From positions 8,618,001 to 8,682,000 of the forward strand of contig CATNEN010000039.1 in assembly GCA_950097015.1 (NCBI GenBank): DNA of 64,000 nucleotides, read 5' to 3'. The notes beneath the pieces are model-generated. The model searched no databases. It was not told where the DNA came from and worked only from the letters and a program-made list of their open reading frames with translations. Below are positions 1 through 12,200 of this stretch, in pieces. A program made the position numbers and the translations under genes. The DNA comes from Macrostomum hystrix. Lineage: Eukaryota; Animalia; Platyhelminthes. The first letter of the stretch is position 1; every line of letters starts with the position of its first letter.

Positions 1-440
1 TATCTTCATTATTCAGTTCCTTATCTTCATTATTCAGTTCTTTATCTTCATTATTCAGTTCCTTATCTTCATTCTTCAGTTCCTTATCTTCATTATTCAG
101 TTCCTTATCTTCATTATTCAGTTCCTTATCTTCATTATTCAGTTCCTTATCTTCATTATTCAGTTCCTTATCGTCATTATTCAGTTCCTTATCTTCATTA
201 TTCAGTTCCTTATTTTCATTATTCAGTTCCTTATCTTCATTATTCAGTTCCTTATCTTCATTCTTCAGTTCCTTATCTTCATTATTCAGTTCCTTATCTT
301 CATTCTTCAGTTCCTTATATTCATTATTCAGTTCCTTATCTTCATTCTTCAGTTCCTTATCTTCATTTTCCAGTTCTTTGTCTTCACTATTCAGTTCCTT
401 ATCTTCATTATTCAGTTCCTTATCTTCATTCTTCGGTTCT
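1..440. repeat. 21-bp minisatellite (TTCATTATTCAGTTCCTTATC)
   Basis: Direct tandem copies. Confidence 0.95.
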
Positions 441-1144
441 TTCTCTTCCATGTTCAGAGACATTTTATACCATGAAAACTATAAAACCAAGTTAACAAGG
501 AACGTTGCATCAATTCAGAAACCAGACTTACAGAAGTAAAGGTATCAGATCATACGCTCGTATATTCATATTATTGGATTCTGCATTACATTCGCCTATC
601 TCTCAATTCCACTTAACTAAAAAACAATGGCATCACAAGCACAATGTTAGGCTTCTGAATCGGCCATTCATGTGACAATGTTGTCGCTGTTAAATTGGTT
701 CAGCTAACATTACAATAATTTTTTTACATTTCTCTATTACGTAATAGTTAGCCCCTCATTCTTCTGTAGGGGAGAAAAATTGTATTACGCAACGCAACCC
801 TCTTCATTGTGCCTTGCTGGCTACAACAATGTCCCTGAGGCCAGCCTGATAATTCATATCAGGTGCTGTTGAAAGCAATGCAGAAATCCTATTTCTCCTA
901 TTATTAGGAGGTGTTCCAGCACTGGCAATAGACTGCGGGGGGTCAATTTTGTAAAGTGGATTTAGCTCCCACTGTGTTATGGGTGACAGAATTGTCTCAA
1001 TAAAATTAGCACATCCCTTACTCATGAAAACAGACAATTTTGTTTGAGTTTAGAACAAAACAGCATTGTCTTGGTTTAAGAGGTTAAAAAAAGACCATGA
1101 TAGATTGATCTGATACTTATCGATGACTCTATATCTATTAAATA

Positions 1145-1630
1145 TTAGTCTAGATAAATCAGTGATTAGTCTAGATCTTTTATTAGTTAGTCTAGATAAA
1201 TCAGTGATTAGTCTAGATCTTTTATTAGTTAGTCTAGATCTATCAGTGATTAGTCTAGATCTTTTATTTGTTAGTCTAGATCTTTTATTAGTTAGTCTAG
1301 ATCAATCAGTGATTAGTCTAGATCTATCACTGATTAGTCTAGATCTATCACAGATTAGTCTAGATCTACCACAGATTAGTCTAGATCTATCACAGATTAG
1401 TCTAGATCTATCACAGATTAGTCTATAACTTTTATTAGTTAGTCTAGATCTATCACAGATTAGTCTAGATCTATCACAGATTAGTCTAGATCTACCACAG
1501 ATTAGTCTAGATCTATCACAGATTAGTCTATAACTAATCTAGATCTAGATCTACCACAGATTAGTCTAGATCTATCACTGATTAGTCTAAATCTATCACT
1601 GATTAGTCTAGATCTTTCATTAGTTAGTCT
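1145..1630. repeat. 21-bp minisatellite (TTAGTCTAGATCTATCACAGA)
   Basis: Direct tandem copies. Confidence 0.95.
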
Positions 1631-2031
1631 ATCTGTACATGTTTCTGCATTACACTGGGTGTTAAAAATGCCCCAATTACGAATGGTTCATACTCACCAG
1701 TTGAGGTTGCTGTGTGGCATTTCCGGATTCGTCCAACTGTGAAAGGTGCGATTTTGGAGGGTTTAATTCTACTTTTTTTATTGCTTTAATCTGCTTTACA
1801 TATTGCCATTGTGTGTTATTTAGGGACTCTAGAGATTGGGTGATGAGTCCATTCGTGTTTGCAAGTTTCTTCTTTGAGAAATTTGGTACTTTAGGCTGGC
1901 TGAATAAAATAATTAGTAGAAATTTTCTGTAGAAATTTGAGTGGGCATTCCGCCTGACCCGGTCCATGGACTGAACAGCTGTTCAGTCCACAGACAACTG
2001 GGGTATTTCAAATACCCACTGCCTACTTCAC

Positions 2032-2352
2032 GACAGCTCCAGACTCAATGACCGACAGCTCCCAGACTCAATGACCGACAGCTCCCAGACTCAATGACCG
2101 ACAGCTCCCAGACTCAATGACCGACAGCTCCCAGACTCAATGACCGACAGCTCCCAGACTCAATGACCGACAGCTCCCAGACTCAATGACCGACAGCTCC
2201 CAGACTCAATGACCGACAGCTCCCAGACTCAATGACCGACAGCTCCCAGACTCAATGACCGACAGCTCCCAGACTCAATGACCGACAGCTCCCAGACTCA
2301 ATGACCGACAGCTCCCAGACTCAATGACCGACAGCTCTCAGACTCAATGACC
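2032..2352. repeat. 23-bp minisatellite (GACAGCTCCCAGACTCAATGACC)
   Basis: About 14 near-perfect copies. Confidence 0.95.
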
Positions 2353-2479
2353 TATGAAAATGAAAATGTTAGCCTGTGTTTCAGATTTTCAAGGCCGGCT
2401 GGTTGAATATTTAAGGAGATGAAGAACAAAAGACAAAATGAGGGTATTTAAAATAGCCTCGTGGTTTCTACTGTTAAGA

Positions 2480-2670
2480 TGGTATTGTAGCCTAGTGGTT
2501 AGAGCATCGGTCTCACAACTGCAAGGTTTTCATGTTTTTTGTTCATTTACCCAGACACTTAACTTTCCATTGCTTCAGTTCACCGCTGTTTAAATGGGTA
2601 CTCAGCATTAGCTGGGGGAATTAAGGGTTGGGTGTGGCGTCCGGAGTCCATGGACTGAACAGCTGTACGG
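2480..2670 (+). mobile_element. SINE family B copy (B box lost)
   Basis: GTAGCCTAGTGGTTAGAGC...GACACTTAACTTTCCATTGCTTCAGTTCAC...GGGTGTGGCGTCC..GTCCATGGACTGAACAGCTGTAC. Confidence 0.78.
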
Positions 2671-2756
2671 CTGTGCCAATTGTTGTTACTTTCATTATTC
2701 AGTAACAACAGTTATCCCATTTGAGAATGGTCCCACATCTCAGCGGCAGCACTCAC

Positions 2757-3256
2757 CGGCAGAATGAAGGTGTACTCAGTCCGATCAAACTGCGGCCTGC
2801 AGTCGTTATCATCAAGCACCAGGACGCGCACCAAGGTGCTGGCGGTCAGCCTTGGCCGGCCATTGTCCGTGGCCGACACCAGCAAGCTGAGCCGGTCGCG
2901 GCTCTCACGATCCGGCGGCACGCGGACGAACAATTGGCCAGTGGACTCGCTGATGTTGAAGAGGCCGTCCGGATCGCCGGACTCGATTCGGTAGGTCAGG
3001 CGTTTGTTCTCCCCCGAGTCGGCGTCCTTAGCAACGGCCTCCAGCGACAGCGGAGTGCCAGCTTTGGTGTTCTCCTTCACCGTGACATTGTAGCCTTCGA
3101 CTGGGAACACCGGCGCGTTGTCGTTCTCGTCGAGTACCCGGACGGTGACAACAGCCGTGGAGACCAGTGGGGCGGCGCTCAGGTCGAACGCTGTCACGGT
3201 GAGGTGGTACAGCGACTGCCTCTCGTAGTCCAGCTGGGATTTCAACGATAGGGCAC
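2757..3256 (-). CDS. Fat-like exon 15 (last exon found in window)
   Basis: [14 protein letters not shown]...DENDNAPVF...DDNDCRPQF; acceptor tttcccAG; donor CCG|GTGAGT. Confidence 0.92.
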
Positions 3257-6200
3257 CTGGGAAATTTGATGGGAAATAAATATTTAGTTTGAAAAGTTTT
3301 TGCGACAGGAAATCGAGTAAGAAAAACGAGTAAGAGGATTTGGGACTAGAGAGTCAGATGATAGAAGAAATCCCCCATTGAGAATTCGGGATTAGGCAAT
3401 AGGAAGAAATCCCAAAGAAGATTTGGGATTTTTAGAGATTTAGAAGAAAACTAGAAAAAATCAACTTAGGATTTCAGGATAAGAGAGTTGGAGGAAATCC
3501 CAATTGAGGATTTCGATCGGGGATTTGTTTAATGAGAATTAATCAAAATTGAGGATCTGAGATTGAGGAGTCGGAAAAAATCTGAACCGAGGATTCCAGA
3601 TCGGGGTGAGAAGAGAAATTTTAATTGAGAATGCGATCAGATTAGTAGGAATAGCAAGCCGTTTTGCCGCCCGTTTTTACACCAAGAGGGGAGAATTATT
3701 CCCCCAGACAATTTTCGCTGCGCCAGAACGGAGCAACGCAAGCTCGAGAACACGGGCCAACTTTTTGTTGCACATCTTCTGAAACAAGAACCAAGTCGCC
3801 AGCCCTTCGGACCGTCGAGATATTCAACGGTTCTGACCGAATGTCTGATTTTTCCCATAAGCGCTAGTGTATTTCATACACCCCTATACACGAATTAGCA
3901 CTGCGCCTCAGTGCGGCCTTGCCAGGCCTTCAAACTTTATCAGCATGTCACCCGAATGTTCCTGCATCATCTCCGACTTCGGTGGTCACCGCGCTTTATC
4001 CAGACGGAGCTGCTGGACCTTCAACAGGTGGCACCAGCCGACTATCGACGTCCAGATGCGAATTTCTCTACTTTGTCAATAGTCTTCTTCCACTCCGACA
4101 GTCAAGCCGCCCTCCGGGCCCTCGACCGAAGCACCACCTGCTCTAAGACCACCTTGGACTGCAACGCCCAGCTCAACGAGTTGGCGCGGGCCAACGAGGT
4201 CAAGCTCAAATGGATCCCAGGTCACGCTGGCTTCCCAGGGAATGAGATGGCGGACCAGCTCGCAAAAGCTGGAGCAGCCAGCACCCTGGCTGGGCCAGAA
4301 CCTGGCGCTCCTATCCCCGTCACTGTGACCAACATCAAGCTGAAACGCTGGATGGAGGCACAGCACCTGGACAGATGGACCAAGACCCAAAACTGCAAGC
4401 AGTCCAGGGCAGCGGTCCCATGTCCGTCTCACCGCCTGCGCAAAGCCCTCCTAAGGCTGAACCGCAGAGATCTCCGCGCTGTCAGCATGGCCCTCTCAGG
4501 ACATGGCTGTTTCTCTCGGCACCGCTTTCTCCAGGGCCAGCTCCAGGAGGACAAATGCACTTTCTGTAGCTCGGGCAGTGAAAACGCCGAGCACTTTATC
4601 TGCCACTGCCCAGTTTTCACCAGGGCAAGGCTTGAAGACCTTGGGCCAAACCCAACTCTCTCCGATGCTTGCAGGCCCGAGAGCATCCCTCAGCTTGCCC
4701 GGTACCTCCGGGATACGGGGCGAGCCAACGTCTTTCCCACTGACAGTGCGGAGGACCATGCTGCAGGCGAGTCCGACGGGCCACCCTGAGCAACACCACC
4801 TCTCCTGAGGTCGTCTGGTTTGCCAGGGGCTAGCGGAATGGGCGGTCCCCTCCGCCTCCTCGCTGCGTCCGTCGGTACGGAGCACCCTGCAGCTAAGTCA
4901 AGTAAGTCAAGTTCAGGCGCAGCAAAAAATTGTCAAGGGGTGAAAACTTACTTCCCCTTTGGTTCAACTGTTAACGAAGAACAAAACCGTATCTATCTTG
5001 AAGTGCGCTCTCAAATAATTGATTTATTTCAGCGACAGTTGCTAAATCAACCAGTATATTCATTTATAACTTCGAATTTAAAAGTACTGAAGTATTCGGT
5101 CAGTTAACTTTGAGCAGCTCACTGGAAAGATCAATGCAATTAATTTCTGCCCGGTGAGTCCCGGTCCAACGATCGAGAAACTGCTCGAGAGGAGAGCGAT
5201 GCGGCTCGGGGAAAATAAAATCGATGGTAAACAGTTAGGATAAGCTGGGATAATTATGTTCAGGTAGTCGCGGCCTAATGCAAATGAGCTGTGCGAAATG
5301 AGAAGCCAATCTGTCTGATGGCCTGTTTGTTTGAGCAGTTCTTGTCACAAAAGCCCGTTCTGACTCGAAAAGAATTCAATTTTCTAAAAGAAGTTTTTTT
5401 TGGAAAAATAATCTGCTTAATTGCTCAAGCGTTTGCGTGAACGTTTCATGCTGGAACAAAAAAGTGCATTGGCTTTCAGATGCTTGGTGTGTCTTAAAGA
5501 TAATCATCAAACTAATCATAGCTGTCTAACATGTGACACTCCTGTCTAACGTGTAACAAACTTGTCTAACATCTGACACACCTTTTCAATATCTGACACA
5601 CCTGTTTAACATCTGACACACCTGTCTAACACCTGACACACCTGTTCAATATCTGACACACCTGTCTAACATCTGACACACCTGTCTAACATCTGACACA
5701 CCTGTCTAACATCTGACACACCTGTCTAACATCTGACACACCTGTCTAACATCTGACACACCTGTCTTACATGAAACACAAACCTGTCTAACAGGAAACA
5801 CAAACCTGTCTAACAGGAAACACAAACCTGTCTAACAGGAAACACAAACCTGTCTAACAGGAAACACAAACCTGTCTAACAGGAAAGATATATATTCTAA
5901 CATCGCTGCAACCATCCCCGAGCTCACCATGAACAGTGTCCACAGAGAACAGAGCGTCATTGTCCATCAGGCGGTACCTCACTGCTCCGTTGAGTCCGGA
6001 ATCTCTGCTATTAGCCTTCAGCTGAGCAATCTTGTAGCCAACAGGCGTGGCCTCGGACAGGCTGAAGTCCAGGCTAGCGGACTCAAACACCGGCGGATTG
6101 TCGTTGACGTCCATGACGGTGAGTAGTACAGTGTGGGTCGCGCTGCGCTCCGGCTTACCAGAGTCCCTAGCAACCACAGCGATGCGATGCGATGCGGATG

Positions 6201-9200
6201 TTTCTCGGTCTAGTCGGCTATGCGCCAGGCTCAACAGCCCGGTCTGCGGGTCGACTCGGAACTTGCCAACGCCGCCGCCGCTAGAATCCGAAGTCAGCGA
6301 TGTCAGACTGTACACTAGTTGACGATTTGAACCTGCGTTGGCAAATGGGACAATTCGATTTTTTATCATTGCAAAATAACTTGAACAACAAATGGCCTTC
6401 GTCACAGCCGCTGGTCCCGACTTTCACCTGTCCCAGGCTGAATATAACTTGGCCTAATTGGCTTCACTGATTGGTCGGTTGAGGCTCCCGCGCCTGCTTC
6501 CTCTTTTAGAGTTCTTTTGGGATCTTTTCGGCTTGGGATGAAAATAGGATCAGCAGATTTGGCTTTGAAGCTTTCAGCGCTCCTAGCTTCAGTTTAAAAG
6601 GCAGAATCTGCGAGATTTTCTATTCTCTCGCGCAAAGCCTTGAAAGGCTTCTTCCGCTGCTGCTGCTGCTGCTGCTCTTTCGAGGATTCTTCTCGCCACG
6701 CTCGAGTGCGCAATTTCGAAGTTGGGCGGGCATACTTTTCATGCGCCTAAGCCGTATTAGAGAGATCGCGGTGCTCTAACTCATTGGGAGATGGGACCTA
6801 AGTTGTTTGCTTGGATGCCGATGCCACAATCTTGGCAAAGCTGACTGCGAATTCCGATAAATTACTTAGCTGGCGTATAGGAAGCTTGAATGGCTTCAAA
6901 CGGCGAGATGGGATGAATGGATAAAAGTGAGGGATTGTGAGATAGAAAGGAGTCAGAGAAACAGATCAAAGAGACAGTTTAGATATCGATCAGTTCGGAT
7001 ATCGATCGGTTCGGATATCGATCGGTCTGGATATCGATCGGTTTGGATATCGATCGGTTTGGATATCGATTGGTTTGGATATCGATTGGTTTGGATATCG
7101 ATCGGTTTGGATATCGATCAGTTCGGATATCGATCGGTTTGGATATCAATCGGTTTGGATATCGATCAGTTCGGATATCGATCAGTTCGGCTATCGATTG
7201 GTTTGGATATCGATGGGTTAGGAAATCGATCGGTTTGGATATCGATCGGTTTTGATATCGATGGGTTAGGAAATCGATCGGTTTGGATATCGATCGGTTT
7301 GGATATCGATCGGTTCGGATATCGATCGGTTCGGATATCGATTGGTTTGGATATCGATCGGTTTGAATATCGATCGGTTCGGATATCGATCGGTTTGGAT
7401 ATCGATCGGTTTGGATATCGATCGGTTCGGATATCGATCGGTTCGGATATCGATCGGTTTGAATATCAATGTGGTTTTTTAAAATTAATTTTATTGCACT
7501 TTATTGCGTTTTTTAAGGAGTCACAAACCTTTTTTGTCTCAACAAAATGTGCTCCACTTTGACAATTAATGATATAATGCTCTTCAATGCCTTGCGTTTA
7601 AAAATTCTCAAATTTTCAATTTAACTCTAGGCTAGAAACTGATGAGGAGTTATTATCCAGGCAGTTTTTAGACAGTAATTATTTTATACTTAGCTTGCGG
7701 GAAGATTAGGAAAGCTGCAGAAAGTATCCTATATTAAAAAGCAGCAATTGCTTTTCAGGGATATAATTGTCAATTCAACAAGAATGTAGCTCGTAGTGTT
7801 AGAAACGGCAGTTAGAATGCAGCCACTGATTGCTAAAATTTACATCTCAGGTAGGAGGAACTGAGATTCAGGTAGGAGGAACTGAGATTCAGGTAGGAGG
7901 AACTGAGATTCAGGTAGGAGGAACTGAGATTCAGGTAGGAGGAACTGAGATTCAGGTAGGAGGAACTGAGATTCAGGTAGGAGGAACTGAGATTCAGGTA
8001 GGAGGAACTGAGATTCAGGTACATGTAACTGAGATTCGGGTAGAAGGAGCTGAGATTCAGGTAGAAGGAACTGAGATTCATGTAGAAGAAACTGAGATTC
8101 AGGTAGAAGGAACTGAGATTCAGGTAGAAGTAACTGAGATTCAGGTACATGTAACTGAGATTCGGGTAGAAGGAGCTGAGATTCAGGTAGAAGTAACTGA
8201 GATTCAGGTAGAACTGAGATTCAGGTAGAAGGAACTGAGATTCAGGTAGAAGTAACTGAGATTCAGGTAGAAGGAACTCAGATTCAGGTAGAAGTAACTG
8301 AGATTCAGGTAGAAGGAACTGAGATTCAGGTAGAAGTAACTGAGATTCAGGTATAGAATATTCACACAGAAACAATTGGGATGCAGATTAAAGGATAAAA
8401 GTTTATGGATTGTTTAATCAAGCTTCAGATTTAATGATTTATAATAGTACCACAAAAATAATTTATATTCAGTAATCATGAATATAAAAATTCACGCGCA
8501 GAATGGGGTTAAATTTAATAAAAAAGTTTTACCAAGAAGCAGCCAATAAAATTTAGTCGGCATTTTTCAATGCCATCAGCAAAGGGATAACTATTTCAGA
8601 ACATTCATTGAAAATCCCTAGTGGAGAAAATTTGGCCTTGTTTCCGAGGGGAAACTATATTATACAGCCCGTCTTTCGTGTGGTGGGGCGCAAGGCAGTT
8701 TTGTGCCGCAAAAAACTGCATATACTGACTGTACGGGTGGTCCTGCGATGAATATGTGAAGATGAAGATAAATTTAATGGCACTACCCTGGTACCACCAA
8801 ACTAAGTCAGAAAAAGCGGATAAACTTTGTCGGCTAACTGACTGAGGCAACTGACGCCGTTAATCCGATGCGTCTTCTCCGTTTTTAGTGCGTCTTGTAA
8901 TCCTTCCGGGTCAGTTGGTTTTGGTTTTGGTTTTAAGTGCTGCATAATTATGACTAATTATAGGAGCCTTAGGACGTAGGGGCGGTCTTTGTTGGGCTGA
9001 GCACTTATGTAGACAGAGATACTTGCAGAGGCTGGCAATCTTGGGTCTGAGAGAGAAAAGCAATAGACAGAAATAAATGTCCATGGACAATTTTGGAAAA
9101 CTCTGTTATTTCTTAGGAACTAAGGGAACTATTAAAAAACGTTGGATAACGTCATATAACTGGGATTAGTCAATGTTTGACTTAAAAATATGGGAGAAAA

Positions 9201-12200
9201 TAAATTATGGAATTGAGTTATGAAATTATACATACATGGACTTGGTACACAATTGGATATTGGATATTACCGACAATGGGATATAGTCTAAAATGGGATA
9301 TTTTTGACAATGGAATGTTATGGACAATAGGATATTATTGCCAATGGGATATAATGGACAAGGGAAAATTATCGAGAATGGGATATCATGGCCAATGGGA
9401 TATTATCGATAATGGGATATTATCGACAATAGGATATTATCGACAATGGGATATTATCGATAATGGGATATTATCGACAATAGGATATTATCGACAATGG
9501 GATATCATGGACAAAGGGATATTATCGACAATAAGATATCATGGACAATGGGATATCATGGACAATGGGATATCATGGACGATGGGATATTATCAAAATG
9601 GGCTATCATGGACAATGAGATATTATAGACAATGGGATATCATCGACAATGGGATATCATGGACAATGGGATATTATCGATAATTAAATGTTACGGACAA
9701 TGGGATATTATGGAGAATGTGATATTATCGACAATGGGAAATCATGGAATGTCGACTATGGAATATGAGATACGAGCGTATTATAAGATAAGGGATATCT
9801 TATAAGGGATAAAATACGGGATATCATAGAGTTTTATGGGATATGGCCTACGCAGAAAAGATGACAGTACCGATTTTTAGGAGAATTGAAAACATGGGAT
9901 ATTTCCGAAAAAAACAGGTCAAGTGTTTGGCCCCAGCGCATTTTCTGCCTTTGACAGGCGAATGCTAATATTGCGTAATCAGTGATGGCCCGAGTCAGGG
10001 CGAATTTTGATCCCAACGGCTACGAGCCATCCTTCCTGGGCCGCAGGTGTCGATTACGGGAAAATATCCCATCGCGGGCAGAGAACAGGAGATAACACGA
10101 GAATTCTGGGTGGGGTGGGATGGGGATTTCTTGGCGAGAGACTGTCAGAGAGGCTGGGAGGAATCAGCGGGAGAATTGTCTGGCTGACAGGCAGCTTCTG
10201 GTTGGATTGCTGGTCTCTGGGGGACTATTTACGCTTATGGGATAATTTCTTGGCTTTCATTTAGACAGGATCGCAAACAATCCGACCGATTTAGATTCCG
10301 TAAATGCTTTCATCCCATTGATTTAGAAGAAGAAAGTGAAATTTGCTATTTGTCTTCAGCAGAAGTACAAGCCAATACCAGGGTCGCATTCATGCAGCAT
10401 TTCAATGCGACTGCTAATTGACAGCATTGGAATGCATCTGGACCTGTTTTATGTACCTATTCAAGTATCTTTCAGGGAATGGACAGCAACAGGCCCATAA
10501 ACTGTCATGGAATACTTCAGGCATTGGACTGCTGCATCCTCTGATACTTCAGGGAGTGGACTGCTGCATCCTCTGATACTTCAGGGAATGGACTGCTGCA
10601 TCCTCTGATACTTCAGGGAGTGGACTGCTGCATCCTCTGATACTTCAGGGAATGGACTGCTGCATCCTCTGATACTTCAGGCATTGGACTGCTGCATCCT
10701 CTGATACTTCAGGGAGTGGACTGCTGCATCCTCTGATACTTCAGGGAATGGACTGCTGCATCCTCTGATACTTCAGGGAGTGGACTGCTGCATCCTCTGA
10801 TACTTCAGGGAATGGACTGCTGCATCCTCTGATACTTCAGGGAGTGGACTGCTGCATCCTCTGATACTTCAGGGAGTGGACTGCTGCATCCTCTGATACT
10901 TCAGGGAGTAGACTGCTGCATCCTCTGATACTTCAGGGAGTAGACTGCTGCATCCTCTGATACTTCAGGGAGTAGACTGCTGCATCCTCTGATACTTCAG
11001 GGAGTAGACTGCTGCATCCTCTGATACTTCAGGGGGTGGACTGCTGCATCCTCTGATACTTCAGGGAGTGGACTGCTGCATCCTCTGATACTTCAGGCAT
11101 TGGACTGCTGCAAAGAACTGGAATTCAGAAATTAAGCAGGTAAAAGAACTCACCTTTGCCATTTGTCGCTGAGTTTCCAGACTTGGCAATGTGCTTGGTA
11201 GATTGGGTTCGTAGTAACTACCCAATCAACAGTTGCTGGGCATCGGTTAATTCATTGCGCTTTCATAGCTGTCAGTCAGTCAGCAAGCCTGTGTCTCTAG
11301 TCTACTAGAAGCAGGTGCAACACAGAACTATTTAAATGGTTGACACTCACAATGTCCAGCTTGTAGGGGATGAAACACTTTGGGGAGGGGCAGGGTAGTT
11401 TCTCACCTACTCAGGTCGCCTCGGCTCCTGTACCCTAAAAACTACTTAAAAGCTACACTAAGGCCCAGCTCTTTCCTCCAATTGTGTCTCTTTGTTCACG
11501 AGAAGCCCGTGCTTTTCATTTCACCCCTTAACCCGTTCCCCCTCTCTACCTTTCCCTACTTTTCTCTCCCTTTCCCAGGTCTATTCCCCCATTTATTTCG
11601 CCAGCCAATAGCGAATGGTCATTCTTTAGTCGCTAGGCCAATGTGCAGCAGAGCGGTTCCTCAATCTACGTCCAACAATCCTCGCTTCCCATTCTAATAT
11701 TCGACCTAAAGTCTGGCATGGACTATTGTGCAAAATGATTGACAGCTCACAGCTATCTTAACAGTGTATTTCCGAGAATGGCTTTTTTGTTATAATCTAG
11801 TAAGCTCTACGCGGATCAAAGACCTGACAATTGGCGGACACATGTCGGCGTCAATCATAGATAGGTTAAGAATCTGGCAGTTTACTATGCAGACTAGGGA
11901 AGAAGTTCCTTTTAGGGGCAAATTTCTGGACAATGGACTAGTATGCCGTGTTGGTCTTACATTTTTGTCAGTTGCGATGACGAGAGGAGAGAATGCCACG
12001 CGGGAAAAGAGAGAAAGAGAGAGAGAGTAGGAGACGCGAAAGAAAATGGACATTGTGTCTAGAACACCGCTTAGTAGGGAATATGCCAGGAGAGGTTTGA
12101 AGGTGACAAAAAATCGATAAAAGTGGCACGCGTGAGAACTGCTCTTCCATACCACTTTCTCTGCACGGCTTCCAACCTGCCTGATCTCTTGAGTTTTAGA

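Noticed and set aside
3911-4077. N-terminal part of the 292-aa ORF as LINE protein or a twin-priming inversion
   Set aside because: No RNase H or RT similarity on either strand; it appears to be flanking DNA that is in frame by chance.
4832-4866. Circularly permuted HDV ribozyme in the LINE 3' UTRs (GCCTCCTCGCTG and GAATGGG echo HDV sequence; also 14694-14724)
   Set aside because: P3 cannot close, the GCC is needed for the local hairpin, and there is no P1/P1.1/P4 arrangement. A simple stem-loop junction explains it.
9894-10072. MITE-like inverted repeat ATGGGATATTTCCG / CGGGAAAATATCCCAT
   Set aside because: Short and imperfect, shares its core with the adjacent minisatellite, and has no TSD or second copy in the window.
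10512-11112. CRISPR-like 32-bp repeat
   Set aside because: Head-to-tail units without unique spacers, no cas genes, eukaryotic intron.
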